The notes below the pieces were generated by a model. It was not told the origin of the DNA, did no database searches, and was given only the letters and a program-made list of their open reading frames with translations. The position numbers were made by a program, and so were the translations under genes. Below are positions 22,043 to 35,526 of a stretch of 64,000 nt of DNA, in pieces. The stretch's first letter is position 1. The number at the start of each line of letters is the position of its first letter. Source of the DNA: Psilocybe cubensis (lineage: Eukaryota); contig CM039007.1 in assembly GCA_017499595.2 (NCBI GenBank), forward strand, positions 2,294,001-2,358,000, written 5' to 3'.

Positions 22043-24824
22043 ATGCATTTCTCCACTTATTTCTCCAGGACGGGTATCAAGGCCAAAGCTGCCTCTGCCG
22101 TACGTGATACTTATTTTTCTTTTCACATTTTCAACTTTTGCTCACATATTGCTCCATTGAAGTACGCTCGCATCACACTCACACGGGGCACAGCGGCCTT
22201 CTTCGTCTTCAGCTTCATCTACTGCTTCATCCAAGGCATCGTCCAGTCCTTCCTCTTCTCCACAGACGTCGCCTATGGTTCTCTCGTCTCCGGCATCGTC
22301 TCCGGCTCAGGCCTCGTCACCCGCCAAGAGACCACCTTCCTCGAAGGCACCAGAGGCCATCTCATACTCCAGATGTGCACCGATATCCCGCACGGCCAAA
22401 AGGTCTATCCCTGCTTCACCATCTTCAACGCCTCGGCGCTCGCCAGCGATGGAGTCTCCGCGCCGGGCCCAGTGCGGACGCTGGGTGATCAGTGGGAAAA
22501 TGGTATGCAGATGACGGCCGGGATCGACGAGCAGACGAACCAGCCGGCCGTGGTGCTCCAGTCCAGCAACGCGAACATCACCCTCAGCCAGCAATGCGTG
22601 CGGAACCTCGCGTACACCTCTCAAATGTAAGATCCCCACCCCCAACCGTCCTCTCTAAACCACTCAATATCAATACAATACAGCCTTGCCAATCTACGAA
22701 GAGAGGACATCGCATGGATCTGCCTCCAATTCTGGCTCCTCGCCATCTCCTTCCTCGCAATCCTCAACGACTCCGTGCCACACATGTACGTCTAATTTAT
22801 TTATTTATATCCTCGTCCTCACTCCGATCATCCAACATCTCGCTAGTCTGTCAGTCCTAATGACACGCTTCATATCCACCGCCTGGTCCTCCTACTCGGT
22901 CTGGCGCGGGCAGGCCTTCAGCGCCAACTTCCAAGAACTAATAGGCGACCCCGGCACACCCTGCTCTCTCGACATCTTCCAGTCCTTCTGGGGCTCACGC
23001 TTCGGTCTCCAGGTGCGCCTACCAACATCACTGACTGACTGACTGACTGACTGACTGACTGCTGACCGCGCACCACGTCAAAAAAAAACATGCAGATAGC
23101 AGATCTGCTCTTGAGCGCGACAGGTCTCATTTTCTTCTTCTGTCTCTCCTGGAAACTTCTCAGGGTACGCACCGACCCTCCCCTCCTGTCCTCACCGCAT
23201 CACACCCATCCCAATCCCAACTAACTTGCCCACCCAGATCTACAGCGACCAGTCCTTCAAATGCGTCGGTGCCCCCGAACACGTAATGCGGATACACAAA
23301 GTCAGCCCATCTCCTCTCCCTCCTTCCCTACTTGATAATCTCCCAATCCCAATACCCATCCCAATACCCGATGCTAACCACTAACCACTGACCCCCACCC
23401 AGTTCTTCATGGCCCTCCTCGCCTCCCTCCAGCTCGAAGCATTCGTGCTCGTCACAAGCGGCGGGCTCTGGATCGACGTGCTCATGAACACCGCCATCGT
23501 CGAGATATCCGCACATACAAAATTGTATCAAGCGCTGTTTATTAGTACCACCATCGTACGTCACCCTCCCTCTCTCTGCCCCCCCTCTCTATCGCTAGTA
23601 CTCGTCTATATCAAGCTCACAATTATTTCATAGCTTTTGGTGCCGTGGATTGCAATGGTCCGTCTTCCCTCCCTTCCCTCCCCTCCATTCCCTCACATCC
23701 GCATCCCCAACATTAACACCTCACACAGGGCTGGTACTCAATCCGCCGAGAAATGAAACGGGTCATGATCATCTTCCTCGGGATCGGGATCTGCATCATG
23801 GCAGGCTGGGCGACCATGTTCTACTCGATAGTTTACAGATGGTGCGTTTTTCGCTTTTTACCCTTTTCTTTTTCCCTTTACCCTTTTCTTTTTCCCTTTA
23901 CCCTTTTCTTTTTCCCTTTACCCTTTTCTTTTTCCCTTTACCCTTTTCTTTTTCCCTTTACTCTTTTCTTTTTCCTTACTTCCTTACCTCCATCGACCCC
24001 GCCTCTCATTTTCCATACGCATTACATCCCACACCGTCCTAACTTGTTTTCCTTTACTTCCTCTATAATTATTTCCTTTACTCACTCACCGTCATTCCTT
24101 TTACCCTTTTAACAGGAGCTTCATGCAATGGCCCTTCCTAGGCTGCTTCACCGTCGCCTCCTTCATCCTCCTCCTCTCCAGCATCATCCTCGGCATCGTA
24201 TGCCGTATCAACTTTGGCAAAGGGCTCGCGCAGTACCGTAAGCATTTCCCCCTCCCTCTCTCTCTCCTTTTCCCTCTCCCTCTCCCTGCTCACTTCTCAT
24301 TTTCTCCCTTCTACCACCGCACACCCTCCCCAAATAATATTATCCCTCATTCTCATTCCCTATCCACTAATCCCTTTCTTTATCCCCTATCCCTTTCTTT
24401 ATCCCTTCATCCCTTATCCCTCATTCCCCATCCACTACTCACTAACCCCACACCAACAGTACACGCAGAAGAAACCCTCCAATCGCTCAACTTCGCCCCC
24501 GACGCATTCACAGTCCGCACACGCACAAACAGCATCAAAGACCTCGAGTCCCGCGCCGGCAGTGGCGGTAACAGTGGCGGAGGAGCGAACTTTTACCATC
24601 CAGGCGATGAAAAGTTCCACGACTCGGAGGACGATCACGATCATTATAAAAGCTCGAAGGACTTCACACAGATGTATTTTGTGCAGACGCTGCCGAGTCG
24701 TGCTGTAGGAGGAGGAGGAGGAGGGTTCCAGACAGAGTCGACTGCGCCGTCTTTCTACGAGTATTCAACGTCGAGGTCGACGTCGGACAGGAGTAGAGAA
24801 GAACGCTCATTTTTCACCGAGTGA
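22043..24824 (+). CDS. Multi-pass membrane protein, fungal conserved family (NFGKGL motif; possibly UPF0658-related)
   Basis: Multi-exon. Encodes YARITLTR, LRREDIAWICLQFWLLAISFLAILNDSVPH, SIRREMKR and WPFLGCF...CRINFGKGLAQY, with many hydrophobic segments. Confidence 0.8.
23031..23060 (+). repeat. (CTGA)7 microsatellite within intron 23013-23095
   Basis: Direct reading. Confidence 0.9.
23861..23980 (+). repeat. 20-bp tandem minisatellite (CCCTTTTCTTTTTCCCTTTA) x5 plus one degenerate copy, intronic
   Basis: Direct reading. Confidence 0.92.
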
Positions 24825-25597
24825 TTGATCAGTTGGTTCTGGCATATACCTACCTACCTCTTTCTTTGACATACCTCTTTCTTTCTTCCTTCCTTTCTTC
24901 CTTTCTTTCTTTGCCTTTTTTTTTCGTACTTCGTACTTCTTCTGTCTTTGAGCCTCGACGCCCGCCTTTCTTTCTTTCTTTGCCTTTTTCATTTACCTGT
25001 TCATTTTAACTTTCACCTCCATTTTCTCAACCCTTCCTTCCATTGTACCTCGTTCACTTTCGAACTTAGAATACTAGTGGACAATGTAAGTAAGTAAGTA
25101 TGTACGTACTACGCAGTCGTGTAAGCTAAGTTTTCCAAGTTAAAGCGATGATTTCGAGAATCGAGAATTCGAGAATCGAATCCCGTAACTCCTTGCCTTG
25201 TTTCGATTATCAATCTGTATACGTATACTGCATTGACAATGGACTTGCCATTTCCCACTTTCAAGGGTTTCACCTTGCAAGCTCCTCCGCTTCTCACCTA
25301 CATGATGGTACAAAAACACAACACCATCTCCAACACAACAAGCAGAGCAAAAAATAAAATAAAATAACAATAACAATAAAAAAAGTTACATACACAATCC
25401 CACCAGAAATTCATAAAAGGACTGAAGGTAGGTAAGTACCTAGTACCTAGGGTATGATGGACCGCGAGAACCCACGCCCACGATTCACAAAACCAACAAC
25501 ACATCCCCTCAAAAAAAAATTCATCCTCTCGTACTTGCTTCCTAATTCTATACATACACAATTCATCGACTTCAGACTTCCTCCTTTCTTATCTTTT

Positions 25598-28466
25598 TCA
25601 AATAGCGCCAGCGCGAGCACGAGGATTCGCAGGCAAGCCTTGCTTCACAAGCTTCCCCGCGCCGCCTCCAGACCTCGATCTCGAGCGCGCGCTCGCTCTC
25701 GACTGAATAGAAGACGACCTCTTTGGCACCCTCGTCAGAATATCTCCTTGGCCTACCGGTGCCGCAGCCGCCTCGGCGCCTTGCGTCCCTTTGGACTGGC
25801 TGGACGGGCTGGTGGGGTTGGATGTGCTGGAAGGACTAGTATCTCCACGAGCTTGAACGCGCGAGGCTTCGTTACGCCCATAGCCGCCTCGCACACCTTC
25901 CTCCTCACTCCCTTCATCATCCCACCCAGAGCGCACTCCCACCCCCTCCCTCATGTCCAGCCCAGGCGGCGGATACGGCACATCTCCCAGCACCGAGCCC
26001 CCCAAACTCTGACTCAGACTCTGCGACTTGCCATGCCCATGCCCAAACCCAAACCCATGCCCATACCCACCACCAAGCGACCCCGACCGCCGCGCCCTAC
26101 TCACAGCAACCTTCGCCAGCCTCGTGGGCGCAGGGGCCATCTCCGAAATAAGCGGCGGCGAGAACGAGAGCATCACAGGCGTCCCGGCGCCTTCATCCGA
26201 GTATATCGACGAGCCTCTATCCTGCACGCGCGGTCTCCCATTTGACTCCGCACGAGCGTGCGCGCGCGCCCGTGCCCGCGGTTGGGTGTGGGTGTACATG
26301 TGGGACTCGTCCTGCTGGTGTTGATGGCGGTGGGCCATGGCTGGCAGCTGGAGCGTGATATCTCCCAGCCGCGTTCCACTGGCATCACCTTGTCCTCCCT
26401 GCTTGGCTTTACCGTACAGATCCATCTTCTCAGTATCACCACCATAACCGTGCCCCTTCCAAAACGACACCGGCGTGAAATCAACACCCTCCAACGCGTC
26501 AGTGACTTGTACTACACCATCCAACAACAGTACGGTGAACATAACGCCAGCCGGCCCATCAATCAAAACGTTACGCATAGGAAAGGAAGGAAACTCACGG
26601 TAATGCGCTAACCCTTTGCCAAAGTTGAGTCTGCACACGATAGCTAGGACACTCGTGAAGACGGTCAGGACATAAGCTGTCACAGTGACAGTAGCGAAGA
26701 ACGGCCATGTCATGAAGATGTACCGATACACTTGAAAAAAACGAAAAAACGCAACCGTAAACCCATGATCAGCTTAGTGATGCGCGAAAAAAAGCTTACA
26801 TGGGCTGAAGAACATCAACGTCGAGATTGACAACAAGAAGATGGATATGGCACAAAAAATGCCAAATCGGATTCTACACTCCTTCCGAACGCACACCCAT
26901 CCCTTTCATAAAAGTTGATGTCAGCAAATGTGGCAGCACACAATAAATAATATCCTACAAGGTATAGCATCGGGAATTGAAACTGGAAGGTGACGAAGTC
27001 AGCGTTTATCTTCGGGGTCATAGATGCAGGTTGATGGGACGTACCACTAGGATAATAACGAAAGCAGCCAGATACAATTTCGAATGCAACGCCATCATTT
27101 TCATCATTCCATGACAGACTTTATCGATCCACATCGCAGAAGAAGCGAGCGAGAAGAACCCGGAGAGTTGCAGACCAACTGAGAACAGCAAAACGGTCTA
27201 CAAAAGCAAGATGAACAAACACATCACATTTATTTCCTCGAACAGGTTCGATTTTACCTTGTAAACTCCATGAATGACCGGAGAAGCGCCAACACGGCTA
27301 AACGACTCGGTGGCATATACCTACCATGTATCAATACTGTGCACCCAGATAAGTCCGAACAATAAAAGAGCTTACCTTGTACAATCTCGCAGAAACATAT
27401 AGCAATGCAAGTAATACTACGCTGTTGACGATCACGATTGGAACCTTGGATCCAAAAAATTAGGAATAAAACGGGATAGCAAGCCTGTCGTTTTAAAGAA
27501 TTCGATACTTACAGCGTGCTGTATCCTAATATCCCACCAACCCCCTAACAAATCTTTTCCACCACAAGCTTCAGGAACAATATGCCTGCGATAGAAACTT
27601 GTCAAGGCTTGTGACGATGATACACGATACCCAGCCCAGCCCGTGCCTAGGACATGGCCAAAGAACGCCGCCCCTAGATGAGGGATGGATTCATTCAAAA
27701 TCTACTTTGCAATAAGTAATATGGCAAGTTCCAGAAAAGCTATTTCTTACAGTTACGAGCGCCAGAGAGAAAAGCCAGATTTGGAAAAGAAAGGTTACGA
27801 TATCTTCCCGCTTGGAGTCTTCAAGTCTAAAACGACGATAAAATTTTAACAAAGCTTCCAGATACCAACCGAAATTGTAGACTCACGTTTCATCCAACCA
27901 AGCCATAGAAAGGATACAATTATCGCTCAAGCCAGAGTCATTAGTCAAAACGCTAGAAGCAGATTTAACAGGCGACCCATTTCTAAGACCATCCGTATCG
28001 CCATCACCGTTTCCAGCCTCTTCGATATCCAAAATATCACCGTCGTCGTCCCAGTGGCGCTTACTTTTTCTCGAACCAAAAACCAGGTGCACTGTGCACT
28101 TCGTCCCACGTTGATCTGGGATACTGGTACACGTCTGCAACACTCCTTTCTCTAGCACAAGCACTTGGTCAGAGGGGACATTCTTGACTACCGGCGCAAG
28201 CGCAGCTACGGCCATGGAGTTATCGGTGAATGCGACACCTTGTAGCGCACTGAGAACGATGCAAGAGGCGAAGGCGAGGAAGAAGTAGAATGTGGTAAAT
28301 CGCGTCAGAGTGATTCTACTGTACTGCAATCAAGGATACGGGGCATGGCTGAAGTGTTAGCAGCTGACTGTGTTCGTACGAGAACAGCGACGAGACGCAC
28401 CAGCAACTTCACTCGAAGTATAGAGAGTGTACGTTTCCATAGCTGGCGAGCGGCTAGGCTGACCAT
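25598..28466 (-). CDS. Multi-pass membrane protein, paralog of the 22043-24824 gene
   Basis: Encodes YSRITLTR, KREDIVTLLFQIWLFSL, LNESIPH and WPFFAT...CRLNFGKGLAHY, with a long low-complexity C-tail. Start inferred at 28466 (MVSLAARQLW) with a 56-nt first intron at 28324-28379. Confidence 0.8.
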
Positions 28467-29536
28467 TCCTAGGGAACCCGAAGTACGAGGGAATGAAAAG
28501 TGGACTCCTGGTCTCGCGAAGTAACGAAGTGATCAAAAAATAATGCTCATGCCCTTGAAGGTAAAGAACGAATGGCGAAAGCGGAAAAAAAGGACCAGCC
28601 AAAGAAGAAGGAGAAGGAAGAGAAGGAAAAGGAAGAGAAGGAGAGGGAAGAGACAGCGGTAGATGCTCCACAAGAGGGATCAAATAACAAACCCCATCCA
28701 ACTTGCAATATTTCAAGGGTCAATATTGGAAAGGAAATTGCACATGATCGCTGTTACCGTCGCACCAGGTGCACCAAATGATAGTCGAGAATTCGGTGGG
28801 CATGCCGATTACTGTAAAGATCGGAACATATTGACATTGAATGCGATGTGGTATGCATCGGATATACACTGGTCAGCACGGAAAGATAGCTCTGGGCAAG
28901 CTCTGGAATTCCAAAAATACCCTATCAACAAGCCCCTGACAACAAAACTTCCGTGGGCAAAACGCGTCATTCTTTCGTCGTTCCAAAGGACGCGTCTGGT
29001 GAGAATATGATAGGCAGCGGCTTTACGAGATGATCATTTTCCCAGCAGTTTTCATGTCTGAGAAAAAGTATTGAAATTTGAGCAAGTCAAAGTTCGAGTT
29101 AAGTTCGAGTTCTTGCACCCGAATTCTGCCAGCGAATCATCATTGCAAATCACGTGATCGTTGCTTTGGAGCAGAGACTAAAGGATGGTAGTATGCCGGT
29201 TGCAGCAACAAGATTTGATTGACCAAATGAAGTTGGCACCACCACCACTTCAGCATTGACAATTAGCCTTCCGTGTCCGAGTATTATTCTTTATGAAACA
29301 ACCCGTAGTAATAATTAACACAGTAGTCTACAGTAGTACGGCACGGTTAAAGACTGTTTGCAACCGTAGACAGAATGAATAGAGACTAGGAGTTATCCCG
29401 TTAAAACCATTCTCCGATCGACATGGATTCCATTGAAGGAAGTGTGTTTGTTTTCTTTCTTTGTTACTGAAGTACTTGGGCAAACGATGCAACAGTCGGA
29501 TCCCTTGTTCAACAAATATCAACTGCGTTCTAAACT

Positions 29537-31724
29537 CTAGTTATTTTCAAAAGGAAGAATATTATTTATATTAGCAAAATGCTCCATGTCAGCACAGGAG
29601 CCTTCCTTGATACAATTCGCCATGATGGTTGCAATGTCCAACCCTTCGAAGTAAGCGCCATGCAGGAAACCTATAAATAACACAAAACGGCATGAGTTGG
29701 CATGAACGAATTTCTTGGCGTCTACTTGGCGTACCAAAATATTTCCTACTCGTCGCCTCTCCAGCAAAATACAGCCTCCCAACGTTAGCTCGTAGATTGT
29801 CAAGATGCTGGCTGGCAAATGCTGGGGGCCAATTTGAATAAGATCCTCGGAAAAGGGGATTACTGTGCCATCGGGGGAAGAAGAAATCGAGAGGCTCTGG
29901 CACGGTAACGTTTGGGAACATAGATCGAACGACACCCATGACCTCCTCTTTGACTTGTTTATCCGGTAGAGCCTCTATCCTGACAGAATAATCTCCCGTC
30001 ACGGTTACAAAGAGAATGCCTGATCCGGGAAGGAAATTCTTATGATCCAAGCTTTGCCATACGGGATACCTCCCACGTTCAGAGTCTGCAAAAATTGCCA
30101 TCTAGACATGTCGGTAGACTTGACACTCAGCACAACCACATTGATAAGATAAACCACAAAATTTAAAAACAAACCTCCGTATCAAACCAAAATTTCTTTG
30201 GAAATTGCAAGAATATTTTCGTGTATGTAGCCATCACCATGCTCTGAATGGCTTCCTGTTTAAAATCTAGATTTCCTTTGATATTAGCAACCATTTTATA
30301 GCCATGACTGAGTATATTATTACCTGGCAACGCTGGCTTAAAGCTAACGTCATCGTGCTGTAGGACGCCCAAGCTAAACGTGCATAAAGCATAGTCTCCG
30401 GTAAGGGTTTGGCCATTGACCAGTGTTACAGTGACACCACTCTTGGAGTATGATATGGACTTGACCGTAGAGTTTAACAGCATTTGTTGAGGTTTCAAGA
30501 ACTCATTAGCTTCCTGTTGAATCAGAGTTTTGAACCCTCTTTGATCTATCGACATCTGATTGTCGTCTGAAAATCCTCCTTGGTCAGTGTCGTAAGTGAA
30601 ATTGTTACCCTGAATCGGAGGATCAGATAGTCAGTTCAATGCACCTGCAAAAATTAATGTAATAGATTACCCAGGAAGAAGCGATTAATGATGATTGTTC
30701 AGGGGTTTGAGCATACTCCCAATCGAACTACATGGGGGTTGAGAACATGGGCATCAATCATTTTTAGCAATACATAGAGTATTACCTGATAGTATTCTGA
30801 TGCACTAGCATGAGCATTTTTTGCGTTTGCCTTGAGAAGACCATACCCAGTTCTGGCAGAGAGATCGACAAGGTTTTGATCCACACGCGCGCCTAAGATC
30901 AGATTTGGTGAACGTCGCCACTAAAATGATAGTCCCCAACAAAGATGCAAAGACACTCACCAGCAACAACAGTCAGGTTGTCGAAATCATCACCAGACTG
31001 GTCAAATACATCCAAAAAGTCTACCGCACCCGTCGCATCGAATGTAGCTTGAAAAAATAGAAAAACAAAAGATTAGAAACTAAAAATAACGCCAGTTACA
31101 TTTCATGGCTTTCCGCCTTCCCGTGTGCATGCTCCATGACATCAATGGTAATGGAATTACACGTCATGAGCCAGGACACAGGGGTGATCTTTACCACCCA
31201 AGGAGACCCTTGTGGCAGTCAAATCATGGAGAAACTCGGTGCATATCCCTCTGTGCCATCCGTTGCTCACCCTAGCCACCCTCTAGAATCCAGAAAAACG
31301 CCCTCAAAAAAAGATAAAATTACTCACAGACACTCCCAAACCAATCATTAAACTGTGTCTTCACCCCATGTTTCTTGGCCAACGTAAAGATCGGATTCGC
31401 AGGGCCATTACCCTCTTGCGTGCCCTGTATCCAATTCGGCCCTTGCTCAATCGTCCTGTTCGCAAACGTCGCGGTCTGCATCCTCCCACCCAGTTCATTG
31501 CGTGCTTCGACAATAACAAAATCGTCGATCCCACGTTCATGCAGCGTTCGGGCAGCGATTACCCCGGTCACACCCCCTCCCAAGATAAGCACTTGATGGT
31601 GCTTTGTAGTAGCCGGTGGTTTTGGAGAAGGGGGTGCAGTAGTCGCGGCATATGCGAACCTAGAGCAAGAGAGAAAGTGTTGCAGGTACAGGGAAATAGC
31701 CAAAAGAAGAGCAGCACGTCCCAT
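29537..31724 (-). CDS. Flavin-containing amine oxidase (polyamine oxidase), secreted type
   Basis: Signal-peptide-like N-terminus, FAD motif VLILGGGVTG, EARNELGGR, GPNWIQG, YTKIFLQF, FRGSYSNWP, FAGEATS and HGAYFEG. Confidence 0.92.
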
Positions 31725-32056
31725 CTCGCGTCCAAGATAAGGCCAGAATCACACGAAGCTTGTAAAAAAGCAGTTCATGTTATATACGTCCAGCGGTGTG
31801 CTTTCTTTACACCTGTAAACCTGTCATCGTGATATATTCCTACCACGCTTGAGAGGTAAGGTCTAAAACAGTGGTAACGCACACATGGGCAGTCACGATT
31901 GCGTGCGGGCTCCAATGCACAAGAAATTTTAATTATTCACATCTATAGGATCTGCGCGCACGCCGATCTAAATGTCATATTAATAGTCTTTCACAGTACC
32001 CACGAGGCGGTGATTCATGTCAAGGTTTCCGTTCCTTATCTCATCCCTAAAAGAAT

Positions 32057-34555
32057 CTATGCCTTGGGCAGAAACGACACCAAGGCGTAGCTTTCGAGCA
32101 TTCAAAAAAATTAGCCCAAACTGGATAAGAAGCAAAAACACCGTAATCGTACCGCCCATCTACGCGCCACTTCTCTCCTCTAGCGTCTAATCTGTCGGCT
32201 ACTTCCCGCTCAACACCGACGACAACATCGGCCTTGTTTGTCCTCAAACTTAGAATTGGGAATGAGCCAGCCAAAGGTCCTATCATAGGAGTCATTACGA
32301 GGTCATCGGACTACGCAAAAACCTATTACCTATGGCTTCTTCAAAAGGGGTCCACGCAGGCCATTTGATATCACCGGTGAGTCTATAGGACATGTATTCA
32401 TTACCAAATCGTTAAAAAGCAAGATATAGCCTAACTCACTTTCTATAACTGAAACGCCGATGAATATGAATACCATCATCACTCAGGATACAGAAGACGG
32501 CGCCAAGATACTTACTTCAAATCGCCCTGGAAAGACCCACACCTTTAGCTCGACCGTGCCGCTGTGTATTAAAATACACACACCTTGAAAATCACAAGCC
32601 CACTTTCTGCCAGCTGCGAAAATGTGACAGGAGCCTCGGTCTTCATATCCCAATAAGGCCGGGGGGTCGTCCAAAACTCGCCAACCTCACTGCCCGCATC
32701 TCCACCCAACGGCGTGTCAAGGGGCACAGAAAGAGCAAACACACCTTCATCAACGTACTTCTTCCATCTTCCCACCATCTCTTTCAGATAGTCTGTGTTA
32801 ACGTCAGGGGAGTTAACGACTTCCTCTGGGAAGAAGGTTACGTCGGAAAGGATAGACAGGGTGGCTTTGAAATCTGGGGGAGTGACATCGGATACAAACC
32901 AAGGGATCAATTTGGGGCTAAATCGGAACGCATGTTAGTGCCAATACCTGCAAAGCAATAGCAAAACGCACTGGAATACCACTTTGGAGACGTAAGGAGT
33001 ATAGCTGACGAGGAAATCCGCAAAGACTAAATCTGTAAACAGCTGAAAGAGCCCAAGTTCAAATGAAATGTAAATACTCATCAGTAATGGAACATACCTC
33101 GAATCCAGCTTAGGGGATACGCCAATCAGAGTATATCAGTTTCAGTTAAAGGTAACATGAACGACGACGTCACCACACACAGTTATCCAATACGAAATCG
33201 ACCTGGGCATCCTTCAAAGTCTCGATGTAGCTCCAAACAGCTTCTTCATCATCCTTTAGAATGAATTGTTGCCTGGCAATGCGTGCATCCTTTCCAACAG
33301 TTTGCAAATTCTGGATATCCGCTTCCGTCATCTGGGTGAGAAGAGACAAGTCCTATAGCCAAAGAAGATGAAGCTTCGAAGGATAAAGATGATATGCATT
33401 TTACCAACCGTTGCATTTCCCCTGACATTGGCGGGAAGTGCGTAAGCTTATAAGACAAGATAGACAAGCAAATTAACGTTGGCTAAAAGGTGCTCACCAA
33501 AGACACATTTGTATCATTTCATTGAACAAGATTTTTAGCTTCTCGGGGTCCGACTTTACGCCCTCGACATCACTTCCCAGCTCGTGAATCGTCTTAGCGA
33601 TTTCTAGAAGAACGCATACATGAAAACTCTTTAAACAAAGTGGATGAGATATGATACTGACGGAAAATGGCCTTTCCTGAATGTTTGAAAGTCTTCAACT
33701 TCTGATCCTCAAATGGATCATACGTCTTCCAATGCTGCGTCTGTACGAAGAAAGATCGAAGAAGGCGATACCTATTCAACCATTATCCGCGTCAAGTAAT
33801 TCAACCATATGTGCATATAACTCACAAATAGCACCTATGCGGATTGTAAAGAAATTCAACCTCACGAAAATATGGGAGCACAGACGGAGGGTGTTGACGC
33901 ACTCTGCAAACAACCAAGGCGCCGTGAACCACGTATTCCGATTGTCCTGCTTCAACGCCTCCAATTCCGTATTGTAGAGATCAGCACTAGCCTCTCCATC
34001 CTGCGGAATTTCTCTACCACACCAACAACGAATGTCAAATGCCACACCGAGGAAACAGACCCACCCAACAAGTGCAATGTCACTCACACTAACACCCTGT
34101 CCCTCGCCATCTCATACTTCAACTTGCTCAACTTTTCGATAATCGCAGTCCCTTCCGTCGTTTTCTCTTGCAAAACCTTCTTCTTCTCCGCATCCTCGTC
34201 GCCGATCTCTGATAATTGCACCGTTAGCCGATGGCACGCGTTGTGCACCGTGTCGACGACGCCTGTCAGGATGATCGGCCAGCGTTTGATGACGGTCTCA
34301 TATCTTCACAGAGCAAGTCCCAGTGCCATCATAAACAACGCGACATAAAAGCAATTTCAAAGGCGAAAGCGTGATCAATTAGGGATTTCGGCGTTGACTG
34401 ACTGTCAGGTCCTGATATGAGATCGCATATTACCCATGATTACTCACGAGAATCTACGAAATTTGAATGAATTCAGCGTTATAGATTACTGCGATACTAT
34501 CTTACCCGTTTTTATCAGTGGGATCATGAGGAGGAAACGGAGGGGAAAAGGGCAT
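32057..34555 (-). CDS. DUF89/ARMT1-like damage-control phosphatase
   Basis: The spliced product contains FSYETVIKRWP, WFTAPWLFAECYLYR, LWGNATDLSL, FVLDNSGFELFTD, HPKLIPWFVSD, IFKGDLNYRKLTGD and LRTNKADVVVG. It requires several microexons. Confidence 0.92.
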
Positions 34556-34871
34556 AGTTCAAGTTAGGAGTTGAGTAGACTTTCAACAAAAAAGTGAAGA
34601 CGATCACAAGCTGATCAATCCAGCCGAAAATAACCGTGCCGATAGCCTTAACGCCGAAAGTGACATAATAATGTATAATGGGCGACGTCTGCTTGGCCAA
34701 CGACCGACACCGACGAGCGCGTCAGCATTTCCAATGATTGCGTATATAGACCATAGATTTCAGATAGTAGATACGGCTGAGTAAAAAGCAACAATTATAA
34801 AGAGCATGAAAAGGGAAGGGAAAGCGATATGAATGTAGAAGTAGTAGTACAGTGAATCCACCTGGAGTCCG

Positions 34872-35299
34872 TCACTTGGACTGGCTAGCTTGAAGCGCCT
34901 CGTATTGCTGAGGGGTATATGTTTTCTGACAAAGAATACAGTCAAAATATCATGAAAATTTTACTGACACTCCTACCTGCGAGAATGCATGCATTTGCGC
35001 GATTTGGTCTTTCAATAACTCGTTAACTGTGCACAAATGAGTAACCCAATCGCCCATGCTATGAGAGGTACAGACTCATTCGGTGCCGGGCCAGTGTAGT
35101 TTTCCCCTGGAATGCCTATTCGGACAGAAACGCGTTCGTCGATATGCCCGAACTAATGCAATGGGAGCGCACATACCTCGCTAACCAACACAATCGCATA
35201 ATTCTCCCCACACCCACTCGACTGATCCTCAATCTCGAGATGCGTGACAGGGATAGCGCGCTTGATAGCCTTCTCGAGAGCAATGGTGTCTATCGGCAT
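34872..35299 (-). CDS. BolA-family protein (BolA2/Fra2 type)
   Basis: Four exons: MPIDTIALE...EDQSSGCGENYAIVLVSE|AFQGKTTLARHRM|INELLKDQIAQMHAFSQ|KTYTP. No mitochondrial presequence. Confidence 0.9.
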
Positions 35300-35526
35300 G
35301 GCGGAGAACGTGAAGAGTGTAGTGTGTCCGAGTCTGTATTTGCAACGCCCAAGTGATGGCTGGAAGAAACAAGAGGTGGGTGCAATCTCATCTGATAAGA
35401 TCCTCACTCTGACAGGATCACGCGCTCCGGCCAATTCAATTTGATTCCGCCCGACCCCTAATCGCGTTCTCACTCTCAGCTCGCTCAGTAAACAACGCTC
35501 GTTCTCATATCAGTATCGTCTCTCTT

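Noticed and set aside
23861-23980. CRISPR-like array
   Set aside because: Head-to-tail repeats with no spacers, in a eukaryotic intron.
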